Assembly (NCBI GenBank): GCA_019057475.1 | Contig: DXJO01000016.1 | Location: forward strand, 1-11,626 | Reading direction: 5' to 3' | Source of the DNA: Candidatus Thorarchaeota archaeon | GTDB taxonomy: Archaea; Asgardarchaeota; Thorarchaeia; Thorarchaeales; Thorarchaeaceae | Length of the DNA stretch: 11,626 nucleotides | In this document: positions 1 through 8,376 of the stretch, piece after piece | Layout: each line of letters starts with the position of its first letter | Numbering within the stretch: position 1 is the stretch's first letter | Notes under the pieces: model-generated | What the model was told of the DNA's origin: nothing | What the model saw: only the letters and a program-made list of their open reading frames with translations | The model's database searches: none | Translations under genes and position numbers: made by a program

Positions 1-81
1 CTGATACTGTCGAGCCTGTTTCTGCTCTTCGAGTATCTCGGGAACGTCGGAATCATCAGGAGCAAGGAGATTCCGAAGTAA
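1..81 (+). CDS. 3' end of an upstream gene (partial), probably a membrane protein
   Basis: Frame 1 is open from the window edge to TAA at 79-81: LILSSLFLLFEYLGNVGIIRSKEIPK*. A hydrophobic stretch is followed by a charged tail. Confidence 0.55.
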   Translation: MILSSLFLLFEYLGNVGIIRSKEIPK

Positions 82-143
82 TCTGGTTGTGACGACGTAG
101 AACATTTATGGGATTAGTCCGTCAGATATATTGAAGCGATAAG

Positions 144-647
144 ATGGGCACGCTGTATTCGCACCGCATCTCACTAGCTCTCATCATCTTCTGGGCCGTA
201 ACCCTGCTCACCCCCTTGGTACTCATACCGAAAAGTACAGACTCAGCTCCGTTCGCTGTGCTCTGGACCTACGATCCACCGGACGGAATGGAACCGGACG
301 GATTCATTACAGGTCCGCTTCACTTGTTCCATAGTGGTGCGATCTTGATATTCAGCTTGCTGTTTGCAGTCCAAGTTACTCGCTACTGTCGAGGTCCGGC
401 ATCATTAAAGGGAACAGTAGCCCTGGGAGTTGCCAGTCTAGTCTTTCCCGCGATTCTGTGCTTACTGATTGCCTGGCCAGCTGTGGTCGATGGTACTCAG
501 CAGTACTTCGGTCCTCTGCCACAACAATTCATCCTGGGGATTTTGCTTGTACGGTCTACCAATCGACAGCGAGAAACCTCCACCTGGAATGAATCAAAGG
601 AAAAGGAATCATGGTGGACGAAAGACAAGCGAACATTCTCTGAATAA
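144..647 (+). CDS. Multi-pass membrane protein of unknown function (about 4 TM); paralog of 5309..5947
   Basis: 167 aa ORF with four hydrophobic segments and a charged C-tail. It shares motif order with 5309..5947 (FAVLW/YSLFW; RG.A/SG.A; P.IL; Y..PLP...ILG..L.R). Confidence 0.85.
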   Translation: MGTLYSHRISLALIIFWAVTLLTPLVLIPKSTDSAPFAVLWTYDPPDGMEPDGFITGPLHLFHSGAILIFSLLFAVQVTRYCRGPASLKGTVALGVASLVFPAILCLLIAWPAVVDGTQQYFGPLPQQFILGILLVRSTNRQRETSTWNESKEKESWWTKDKRTFSE

Positions 648-775
648 TGAATAGATCGTGTGGCGTCCGAGTATCAGACACATTGGTCGGCTAGTGGAAG
701 GCCGCTGTCCGAAATCCGACTGGATAACGGCCGCGTGCTATCGGATGGCCCACCATTGCATCTCGGTCAAAGGAT

Positions 776-961
776 GCTGTTGCAGGGAGTCTATCAGGAC
801 GGTCAGTGGAAGGCCGCGTCATGTTGAAGCAGAACGCGCTATCATGGATGGTCAGTGGAAGGGTGCGTCATGGTGGGTAAAGAACGTAATCACGGAAGAT
901 CTGTAAGAATCTTGCTGGGCTCCCGGAGAACAACACTGTATCCGAATTCGGCGCTTGCCAA
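776..961 (+). repeat. Dispersed composite element, copy I
   Basis: CTATCAGGACGGTCAGTGGAAGG at 791-813; GAACGCGCTATCATGGATGGTCAGTGGAAGGGTG at 832-865; right module TGGGCTCCCGGAGAACAACAC...ATCCGAATTCGG.GCTTG.CAA at 916-961 matches 7555-7600. Confidence 0.95.
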
Positions 962-1039
962 CTGGTAAGACATCATACATCTAGCGTTTTTCGCCAGGAT
1001 GTATTGCGTTGGTATGAGTCTACCATATCCTGCCCGGCA

Positions 1040-2032
1040 TTACTGATTCTCAATGGAATAACTGGTTTTCCTCTTATCATATCGAATGACAATATATGCG
1101 AGAGTCAACCATATAGGCACCAAGAAGATGAGCCCGAAAACTAGATTATCGTTGTTTGAAGCCGTTAACCAAGTACCCGTGAAAATGTTTCCAAAGAATA
1201 AAGCGAGAGGTGTCCAAAGTATCAACAATGGATAATGGAAGTTTCTGTTCGATGATATCGAAACTGCACACAAATATGGAATTATTGCCATTGGGATGAA
1301 AACTAGAATTACCGCAACAATGCCTAATGCTTCAACACCGTTATCGGGTGGATAGATAGGTTGTATCATTAAAAGGGTCATAATTACCATAATTAGAGCT
1401 TGAGTAAGGAGAATGCCCGATCCTATTTTATCTAGAATTTCTAAAGTGAATTTAGACTCTATTGAGAGTTGACCTGAGTCGAGTGTAGATTTTACAGCCT
1501 TCTTCCGAAAAGCACGATTCAGGAAAATTCCTATTATGACTAAACCAATACATACTTGACTGACGTAGATAGTGGGCAGTATCACAAGTTTCACTCTTGT
1601 CGTGCACCTGAAAGAGCTGAATACCCTAATTTCTTCAGGTCCATCATTGCGATAAAGAAGAATCCATGTCGAATTTACTGGTACGTCAACTGACCAGGTG
1701 TAACTGTTGATATTCTCAATAGACAGCACAAATGATGCGGCCTCACTATTTGACCATAATTCATAGTTCTCCAAATCACAGATGTATAGGTCAATGGTAT
1801 CATTAGATTCAACCATAACATCACCGAATAACACATCACCCCATCTGCAGCAATATTGCCAGGATGCGAACGAGTATGGCTCAATCCAGAATCTTGCTGC
1901 ATCAACAGGTGAGGGTGACTGTATTTCTTGGTTATTAACGGCAATGCTGGACAGGGGCATACAAAACACTATCAAAACTATAACAGATATCATTCTGAGT
2001 GTTCTCGAATAGCGGTTGATGAAAGACATCAA
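1040..2032 (-). CDS. Membrane protein: signal peptide, GOLD-like beta-sandwich domain, then about 5 TM helices
   Basis: 330 aa ORF with an N-terminal hydrophobic segment. The 'GDVLFGDVMVESNDTIDLYICDLENYELW...YTWSVDVPVNSTWILLYRN' pattern resembles archaeal emp24/GOLD-like domains (pattern recognition only). It is AT-rich relative to its neighbours. The start may be ATG at 2029. Confidence 0.8.
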   Translation of the reverse strand: MMSFINRYSRTLRMISVIVLIVFCMPLSSIAVNNQEIQSPSPVDAARFWIEPYSFASWQYCCRWGDVLFGDVMVESNDTIDLYICDLENYELWSNSEAASFVLSIENINSYTWSVDVPVNSTWILLYRNDGPEEIRVFSSFRCTTRVKLVILPTIYVSQVCIGLVIIGIFLNRAFRKKAVKSTLDSGQLSIESKFTLEILDKIGSGILLTQALIMVIMTLLMIQPIYPPDNGVEALGIVAVILVFIPMAIIPYLCAVSISSNRNFHYPLLILWTPLALFFGNIFTGTWLTASNNDNLVFGLIFLVPIWLTLAYIVIRYDKRKTSYSIENQ

Positions 2033-2157
2033 TAGAACAATCCCAATACCACAAGCGAATCAATCTGGCAATTATCAATGAAGTATTAATAGTATTGCGA
2101 TTGATTTTTACTTCTACTACGATTTTGCAGATTCCGGGTAGCTAACTAGCAAGGGAC

Positions 2158-2841
2158 ATGAATACCATGACTGGACGAAAACGTGGATTAGCAGTACTCC
2201 TGGTTAGCTTACTCGTAATGACAATGGTATTTGCAGTATACATACTCGAGTTTGGCTCTAAGGTAGACTCGTCTCGATTGCGATGGGGGGTGAGCGAAGG
2301 CGTCCAATACGTGTACGTGGTCAACGTCAGTGGTCTTAACATGACGGGCATCAGTAATGACAGCGTTGAGTGTCCTCTATCATTCGCACCCCTAAACAAC
2401 ACAAGAATCATCACGACAGTATCATGTCTTACAGACCTTCCCGGTCTCACAGATGCTAACTCATTCGCTACCGACGTAATTATCCAGACCAAGACTGAAG
2501 TCAGTTTCGAGAATGGAACAGGCCTATCTGAACAGTATGATGAAGCATTGGTGTCACTGATTTCCTTGACTTTGCTTCCCATCGGTGACTGGTCACTGAT
2601 TGATTCGTTATACCAAGATGAGGATTCAGAGCCGCCATTCATGAAGACCTGGTATATCGCCAAGCAACGTACTAGCTCCTTCGAGATTGGTTATACGTCG
2701 TATGGACCAGACTATGCAAGTGGTTGGAGTGGGAACCTATCTCTAACAACCGGACTGCCAAACTCAGCCAATCTGTGGGCGTGGAACGCCGTTGAGTCCT
2801 TCTCATGGACACTCACAATCACACTTCTATTGAATGATTGA
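2158..2841 (+). CDS. Membrane-anchored extracellular protein, family A paralog 1
   Basis: 227 aa, N-terminal TM. Motifs WGVSEG, FAPLNNT, KT...FENG, LLPIGDW..IDS and W.G..SLTTGLP are shared with 4376..5056 and 7623..8303. AAGGGA precedes the ATG. Confidence 0.92.
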   Translation: MNTMTGRKRGLAVLLVSLLVMTMVFAVYILEFGSKVDSSRLRWGVSEGVQYVYVVNVSGLNMTGISNDSVECPLSFAPLNNTRIITTVSCLTDLPGLTDANSFATDVIIQTKTEVSFENGTGLSEQYDEALVSLISLTLLPIGDWSLIDSLYQDEDSEPPFMKTWYIAKQRTSSFEIGYTSYGPDYASGWSGNLSLTTGLPNSANLWAWNAVESFSWTLTITLLLND

Positions 2842-3027
2842 GTGTGACCGTGTTTACATACTTAGCATTGCTTCTCAAGTTTTCTAATCTTCTCCATAAT
2901 CAGAACGTACCCTTGGATACCCCAAGCCCATTCCATACACCGTAATACCCTCCCTACTAAGCTTCATGGCTTCCTGCCTTAAGCGGCAGTTGCATGTTCG
3001 ACCTGTAGGAAGCTTTTCTTGTCTTTG

Positions 3028-3624
3028 TCAACTCTTGGGCCGCAATACACCTCGTTTCATAACAGCACCAATTACCACCATCAATGTTCCCACTCCAATG
3101 ATGGCCAGAACGGTTATGGGAGTCGGGTCAGGGTCTGGCCAGTTCCATGCGTAGGAGTGCTGAATGACATCGGAAACACTACTATAACCGAGTGTGTCGT
3201 TGGCCACGTACCGGATATCCCAGATATAGACTCCGGGTTTAGGGACTTCGACATGAAGGTATGCCGCATAACGAGACCTCGTTGAGTTCTCATCCATGTC
3301 CTGCATGGTGATGTTAGACCATTGATTCTCAGTCCGGTTTCTGTATGAGGCTATGACGGTTTCGACTCCATCTGAATCTTCAACTGTGACTGTGAAGGTG
3401 ATAATGGTTTCAGGATCATATCCATCTGCATAGGAATCGCCATAGCTTATGAATATGGGTCCCTGACCGTTGCTCAGTGCATAGCTGGACCTGAGAGAGC
3501 ATTGTGGCTCTTTGGTCCACGTAGGAGAAACACACATCAGGATGACCCAAGTAAGAACGGTCATCCTCAACAAGGAGATCCTTGCCATCACATCCACCAT
3601 TCCAGAGTATGTGTGACTCTCCAT
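3028..3624 (-). CDS. Cell-surface protein with an Ig-like domain and C-terminal TM anchor
   Basis: Signal-like N-terminus; 'TVTVEDSDGVETVIASY...WSNITM...Y...YVANDTLG' is typical of archaeal Ig-like surface domains; Pro-rich linker (WPDPDPTP), TM, basic tail. The true start may be ATG at 3588. Confidence 0.85.
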   Translation of the reverse strand: MESHTYSGMVDVMARISLLRMTVLTWVILMCVSPTWTKEPQCSLRSSYALSNGQGPIFISYGDSYADGYDPETIITFTVTVEDSDGVETVIASYRNRTENQWSNITMQDMDENSTRSRYAAYLHVEVPKPGVYIWDIRYVANDTLGYSSVSDVIQHSYAWNWPDPDPTPITVLAIIGVGTLMVVIGAVMKRGVLRPKS

Positions 3625-3880
3625 TTAACCTCGTGGTCCTGGAATAATGAGCAAAACTGAGGGGTGGGCTTGTTTCTTGGATTAATCCTAGTTTCGAACA
3701 TCGCACGTTGAAATGGCAAACTTGGGTAGTGTTTGACTACGCATTCGGCCTCCGCCTGATATATCCACTCCTTGGGCTGAGGGAAAGGCCGAGAAGCAGA
3801 AGATTGAGAAACACCTTGCCTTATAGCCTCCGATTTGATACTGGCCATCAGGAATTCGTGTCCGAACACACAGGGAAACA

Positions 3881-4237
3881 GTGTGCACAACGCACTTGGC
3901 AGTGGAGGTGAGAGAGCTGATTATCCAGATAACACAGCCGGATATTGACCTGTTCCAAATTCCTATCACCGTACTCGGATGGACGTTGCTCTGTGGGTTG
4001 CTATACTATGTAGTTAGGGCTAAGCTTGGTGATGACCATCAACGTCTTCGACTAGTCACTTGTTTCCTGATTTTCATCTCATGGTTGGCCCCTGCAGTGT
4101 TTCTTCTATTTTATCTTGCACTTGTTTCGCCCATGGAGATTGCTGGATGGTTTAACCCCGTGATGGCTATCTTTTTCCTCCAACTCATACTCACAGTGAG
4201 AGATATGGTCAGTCAGTTCCGCAGACTAAGTGCATAG
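3881..4237 (+). CDS. Small membrane protein (about 3 TM), unknown function
   Basis: Three hydrophobic segments. A strong GGAGGTGA at 3904-3911 suggests a later start (in-frame CTG at 3917 or ATT at 3920). Confidence 0.75.
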   Translation: MCTTHLAVEVRELIIQITQPDIDLFQIPITVLGWTLLCGLLYYVVRAKLGDDHQRLRLVTCFLIFISWLAPAVFLLFYLALVSPMEIAGWFNPVMAIFFLQLILTVRDMVSQFRRLSA

Positions 4238-4375
4238 ATTGCTGTTTTGCACAGGGGGATTATCGGTTCCCCGGTCGAGAGCTGTATTCTCTTGTCCTCG
4301 TTTCCATACTAGGGAATAGCTATATCTGCATTTACATTCCTAGCATTCATAGGACATGTCTAAGGGAGTTCTGAA

Positions 4376-5056
4376 TTGATCCAACTGAGTAGGAAGATGC
4401 TCGTTTCGGGAATCGTGGTGGCAATTGTCATATCAGCAGCGGCTCTCGCAGCACTCCAATACTCGAATGCCCTTACAGTCGAATGGTATGTGGAACCGGG
4501 GACCACCCTAACATATCTCATACAGGTTTCTGGTTTTACCAGTCTGGGGGACCCGTTGAATATCACAAGCCGTGGTCCACCACCATTCTGCGACCTGAAC
4601 AACTCACAGATGACAGTAGAAGTCACATGGCTCCCGGAAGTGCCCTCTGGACTAGATGGAGCTTCATTCTCTGAGTCTGTGATAGAAACCACGAAGACGA
4701 CTCTGGTTTCTCCGGTAATCTATGAGAATGGAACTGAGGTCATCGACCCTCCACATGACCTCCTGAATAGCTTAGTGTCACATTGTCTGCTGCCCATAGG
4801 CGGATGGTCCCACATAGACTCGTTCTATCCAGACGAGCCCGACTTTGAATTCGCTTGCAATACCTACATTTCCAAGTTCGAAGCGGGAGAGTTTCTGGTC
4901 GGTCATAGATACTACAATATCGATGCGGGTAATGGCTGGGTTGGCACAGTTGCATTGGAAACCGGCATTCCATTGACTGCTGAAATCTGGGCATGCCAGT
5001 ACTACGGGAATGAGTGGTTCTCCTACCACATTGTACTCACTCTAACTCAGACCTGA
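4376..5056 (+). CDS. Membrane-anchored extracellular protein, family A paralog 2
   Basis: 226 aa, TTG start after AGGGAG. Motifs WYVEPG, FCDLNNS, KT...YENG, LLPIGGW..IDS and WVG...LETGIP. Confidence 0.92.
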   Translation: MIQLSRKMLVSGIVVAIVISAAALAALQYSNALTVEWYVEPGTTLTYLIQVSGFTSLGDPLNITSRGPPPFCDLNNSQMTVEVTWLPEVPSGLDGASFSESVIETTKTTLVSPVIYENGTEVIDPPHDLLNSLVSHCLLPIGGWSHIDSFYPDEPDFEFACNTYISKFEAGEFLVGHRYYNIDAGNGWVGTVALETGIPLTAEIWACQYYGNEWFSYHIVLTLTQT

Positions 5057-5308
5057 ACGCTTGGCAACTGACTCGACTGCTCTGCTGGGCATGAAGTAAG
5101 GTGGACTGTAGCTTGGTGCGTATTATCCTCAGTGGATATCGGTTTTCATGATAACATTGTGGGGAGTTCGCCTGAACGAACTTTTCCGACTTGTATCCCT
5201 TTGCGATGGAATTATCAGCGGCATTAGTTTAGTTCCTACATTATTGGAGAAGCCCGCTAGAAACTCACCTAACGTGGCAAACGCTGCAGACTTGCTGGAG
5301 GCTAACGG

Positions 5309-5947
5309 ATGAAACCGACGACAGCATCGGTAGACCAAGAAGAGGTTCAGTCTGTGGACAGTCCGCCTAGTGGATGGGACCTCTCCGTGCTACTCGTCGG
5401 TCTACTCCTGCCCAGCTTGGTCGTGAATTTGAGACTCCCTCCTTGGCAGACGTTTGTCTATTCTCTATTCTGGATTGCCTACGCACCGTACAGTGGTACC
5501 GAGGTGTACACGGTAGGACTTCTGCCTTCGTTTGCCTACTGGGCGCTTAGTGGACGGATAGAGCCAATCACTGCCACGCTTCTGGTACTAAGCATGATGC
5601 TCGTCATTGGTCTGTGGAAATTGCGCTCTGGAAGAGCCAGGATTAGACCCATCAAAGTCCTCCTAGTTCTGAACTTCGTCCCATCGATTCTCATTGTTTT
5701 GATGATGTTGCCCGAGCTAATAGCGCGACGTGGAATCATTGGTCCTGGCTACATGGTACCGCTCCCGCTCTTGCCCATTCTTGGAGTCTATCTTGCTCGC
5801 AAGTGGAAGGTGTATTCGCCAAAGCTTCACGGTGAGATTGGCTGTCCAAACTGTCGATTGCCCTTCAAAACACCGGATGATGGTGTCAAGGATGGCGACC
5901 GAGTGGTGTGCCCCAGATGCGGGTCGACACTCAGAATCGTTGAATGA
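5309..5947 (+). CDS. Multi-pass membrane protein with C-terminal zinc ribbon
   Basis: GGAGG just upstream of the ATG; about 4 TM; C-terminal CPNC...CPRCG. The membrane part aligns by eye with 144..647. Confidence 0.9.
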   Translation: MKPTTASVDQEEVQSVDSPPSGWDLSVLLVGLLLPSLVVNLRLPPWQTFVYSLFWIAYAPYSGTEVYTVGLLPSFAYWALSGRIEPITATLLVLSMMLVIGLWKLRSGRARIRPIKVLLVLNFVPSILIVLMMLPELIARRGIIGPGYMVPLPLLPILGVYLARKWKVYSPKLHGEIGCPNCRLPFKTPDDGVKDGDRVVCPRCGSTLRIVE

Positions 5948-6078
5948 TGCTGTGTTGGAAGATATCATCTGTACCACAGCGGATCGTGCAGAAGAACAAA
6001 CATAGGACCAACAAGGCTTGGTCTTCGAGAACCCGCTCTTTATGTACAACAACCCCCCTTGATATCGCAGGATTGCAA

Positions 6079-6498
6079 ATGTCAACGGGAAGAGAGCACT
6101 CATCAACTGGTCGACTTGCCATACTGATAGCCAAGCACAAGACCACCCCGAGAACGAGTATCCTTGTTCTAGTTTTGTTTGTGATCTATCTCCTCTTCGT
6201 GTACCAGATTCATCTGGATATTCTTGCTCAGCTTGTCATCTATGACGCCCTGTGGCCAAGCCAAGGTCTTTACCTCTTTCCAATTCCAATTAACATGAGG
6301 TGGTTTCCGTTCACAGCTTACACTATGATGTATGTTACTCCTCCGCTTAGCATCGGAAACCGTTTAATTTACGATTACTTCGTCCCGAACGTGGGATTAA
6401 GGCTGCTATGGTCAGCGCTATGGTTACTGTTGGGGCTTGCTTACATCTTCCGCTCCATATTCCCCAGTTTGAGGTACAGAGGTTCCCAAAGCAATTGA
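6079..6498 (+). CDS. Membrane protein of unknown function
   Basis: The ORF track gives 5944..6498, but its first 45 aa look non-coding. An in-frame ATG at 6079 follows a TTTATGTA box near 6039. Two clear TM segments (ILVLVLFVIYLLFVY; LLWSALWLLLGLAYIF). Confidence 0.75.
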   Translation: MSTGREHSSTGRLAILIAKHKTTPRTSILVLVLFVIYLLFVYQIHLDILAQLVIYDALWPSQGLYLFPIPINMRWFPFTAYTMMYVTPPLSIGNRLIYDYFVPNVGLRLLWSALWLLLGLAYIFRSIFPSLRYRGSQSN

Positions 6499-6530
6499 GT
6501 GGATGCCTACTAATCCGCTTCGCTCTAAGG

Positions 6531-6649
6531 CTGTTGTTGCAGTGGGTCTATCAGGACGGTCAGTGGAAGGCTTGGATCATGTTGGATTGGAACGCGCTAT
6601 CATGGATGGTCAGTGGAAGGGTGTGATGCTTGAGGGGGGCTCTAACAGA
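6531..6649 (+). repeat. Dispersed composite element, copy II
   Basis: Invariant 23-mer at 6548-6570 and invariant 34-mer at 6590-6623. GGGGG-GCTCTAACAGA at ~6634-6649 matches 7516-7532. Confidence 0.95.
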
Positions 6650-6818
6650 CACACAACCAGATTCAATTGTTGGCGCACTAAACGAAGTTAGAATCGCAAT
6701 CACCGAGATGAAGCGGTTCATCAAACTGACACCTGAAATCGGCTACATATTCGAGAAGGGTTGCAAAGATGGAGAGCAGTACGATGAAAAGGTTCCTGTC
6801 GGTCCCAAGTGGGTCTAG
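6630..6818 (+). other. Possible gene fragment or small ORF (62 aa) starting inside element copy II
   Basis: Protein-like composition (IVGALNEVRIAITEMKRFIKLTPEIGYIFEKG), but the start codon lies in the repeat. Confidence 0.3.
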
Positions 6819-6936
6819 CTCATCTTAGCGGTAGCTACCGGTAGTTGCTAATCTAATAGAAAGTGGCTACTGACAACGTACCGGCAATAGTTATCCTTTC
6901 TCTTTTGATGTTCCTGCTTGTCACGGACTGGGTTGT

Positions 6937-7311
6937 TCATGTTTCCAGCACATGTCTATTAATCCTCGCCCGCATCACGAAAAAGAAGATTCCAATAACA
7001 GAAATGGATGGAAAATAGAACATGAGAAAGATAAGACGCTGGAACGACGAGAGTTCAAGTAAATTCATCACAACATAATTAAGTATTGAGAGTAGCAGGA
7101 ACAATGCAGAAACCGGCACAGCAAATCGACGACACCAGCTTCCAGTTGCTAAATCCTTTGCGTAAAATGTGGCGAGCCAATTATCAGTTCCAGCCGCATC
7201 GGCATGCTGGAACCACAACAGCCCCTTTGAATACATGAACGTAATGAAGAAGACAAAGAAGCCAAGACACACTGCTAGAAACGTGAGGGGGTTCCAAAAA
7301 TTTACCTGCAC
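6937..7311 (-). CDS. Small membrane protein (3 TM), unknown function
   Basis: 124 aa with three hydrophobic helices. The GTG start is preceded by AGGTGA (4 nt spacing) and by a TTTAAATA box. Confidence 0.88.
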   Translation of the reverse strand: MQVNFWNPLTFLAVCLGFFVFFITFMYSKGLLWFQHADAAGTDNWLATFYAKDLATGSWCRRFAVPVSALFLLLSILNYVVMNLLELSSFQRLIFLMFYFPSISVIGIFFFVMRARINRHVLET

Positions 7312-7343
7312 GTTATCACCTAAATCATGTTACCGGTTTTATC

Positions 7344-7351
7344 TATTTAAA
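7344..7351 (-). promoter_or_regulatory. Putative archaeal TATA box for 6937..7311
   Basis: TTTAAATA on the minus strand, about 33 nt upstream of the GTG start. Confidence 0.55.
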
Positions 7352-7383
7352 CCTCGGTCTGGAAGAATCTTGCTTCAGTAAGC

Positions 7384-7600
7384 CTATCAGGACGGTCAGT
7401 GGAAGGGTCGAGTCATGTTGAAGCAGAACGCGCTATCATGGATGGTCAGTGGAAGGGTGCGTCATAGTGAGCAAAGCGTGTGATCACAGATTGCCAGTGT
7501 AAGACTGAGATCCACGGGGGTGCTCTAACAGATATGTCCTCTTCGAGGGCCTTGTGGGCTCCCGGAGAACAACACGATATCCGAATTCGGAGCTTGTCAA
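7384..7600 (+). repeat. Dispersed composite element, copy III (most complete)
   Basis: 23-mer at 7384-7406, 34-mer at 7426-7459, degenerate third unit, GGGGGTGCTCTAACAGA at 7516-7532, hairpin GTCCTC-TTC-GAGGGC at 7536-7550, palindrome TCCGAATTCGGA at 7580-7591. Confidence 0.95.
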
Positions 7601-7622
7601 TAGCTGTTTCATCTTGCTCATA

Positions 7623-8303
7623 CTAGGTCACGAGTATTAGCCTGTTATTGATATAGACGCCCACGGAGTAATATTCAGAAACGTCCTCGGCTACTATGGG
7701 AATGCCAGTGGTGAGAGACACATTTCCGCCCCAACTAATAATGGCGTCACCTGGCCATAACAGATATCCGATGTAAAAGGAGTCCGCATAGGTCCTTGAG
7801 AGATACACTCCAGGATAGAACGCATCTTCCGTTTCGTTTGGATGAAGCGAGTCAAGAAGTGGCCAGTCACCAACGGGAAGTAGGCATCGATACAACAATC
7901 TGTTGATGTAGTCCCTGAACATAGAGGGAATCTCCGACTCGTTCTCGAATCTGCACTCAGTCTTGGAATAATTGAGGACTTCTTCTGCGAAGATATCACC
8001 ATCTATGACTAATGGTAGAGATGGGAGGTTTGTTACGTTGAACCTTACGCGGGTGTTGTTCATCGGAGCAAAGAAGGGTGGCCCCAAGATCATATTTGAG
8101 CTGTTTTCGGGGTCTATTGATTCCCTATAGCCGCGTATAACAACCAAGTAGACAAGTTCGTCACCCTCATTGACACCCCAGGTCAGACTGGATGCGTCTC
8201 TCAGATCAGATGGATTCCAGATTGAGAGAAGGCAGAAGGCAAGCAGGATGATTGTGGCAATCGTGGCAGCAGTCAACAGTGCGACACGGTTCCGTCTTGC
8301 CAA
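7623..8303 (-). CDS. Membrane-anchored extracellular protein, family A paralog 3
   Basis: 226 aa, N-terminal TM. Motifs WGVNEGD, FAPMNNT, KT...FENE, LLPVGDW..LDS and WGGNVSLTTGIP. Confidence 0.92.
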   Translation of the reverse strand: MARRNRVALLTAATIATIILLAFCLLSIWNPSDLRDASSLTWGVNEGDELVYLVVIRGYRESIDPENSSNMILGPPFFAPMNNTRVRFNVTNLPSLPLVIDGDIFAEEVLNYSKTECRFENESEIPSMFRDYINRLLYRCLLPVGDWPLLDSLHPNETEDAFYPGVYLSRTYADSFYIGYLLWPGDAIISWGGNVSLTTGIPIVAEDVSEYYSVGVYINNRLILVT

Positions 8304-8376
8304 GAGTCTGTCCCCAGAGTGATTATGCGGGTATGCAGAAGAACATTCCTTTCCACGTACGAGCCGGTTTGCGCAG

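Noticed and set aside
801-865. Archaeal origin recognition boxes (CAGTGGAA resembles the ORB core TCCAGTGGAAA)
   Set aside because: Only a partial match; the copies are all direct and dispersed rather than flanking an AT-rich unwinding element, and there is no orc1/cdc6 gene here.
658-906. Small protein family 'ERAIMDGQWKG' (also 6503..6691; antisense 8273..8473)
   Set aside because: These are translations of the DNA repeat. The unit period is 48 or 49 bp, so the frame is not preserved, and the flanking peptide sequences are unrelated.
6641-6692. Integron attC site (TCTAAC...GTTAGA inverted pair)
   Set aside because: No complementary L''/L' boxes at the expected spacing, the R boxes do not fit RYYYAAC/GTTRRRY, and the pairing is not reproduced at copy III.
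7384-7600. Classical MITE or IS
   Set aside because: No terminal inverted repeats, target-site duplication or transposase seen. A hairpin-ended non-autonomous element is not excluded.
2158-8303. Diversity-generating retroelement acting on the paralogs
   Set aside because: No reverse transcriptase gene, and no near-identical template/variable repeat pair differing at adenines was seen; the paralogs are divergent along their whole length.
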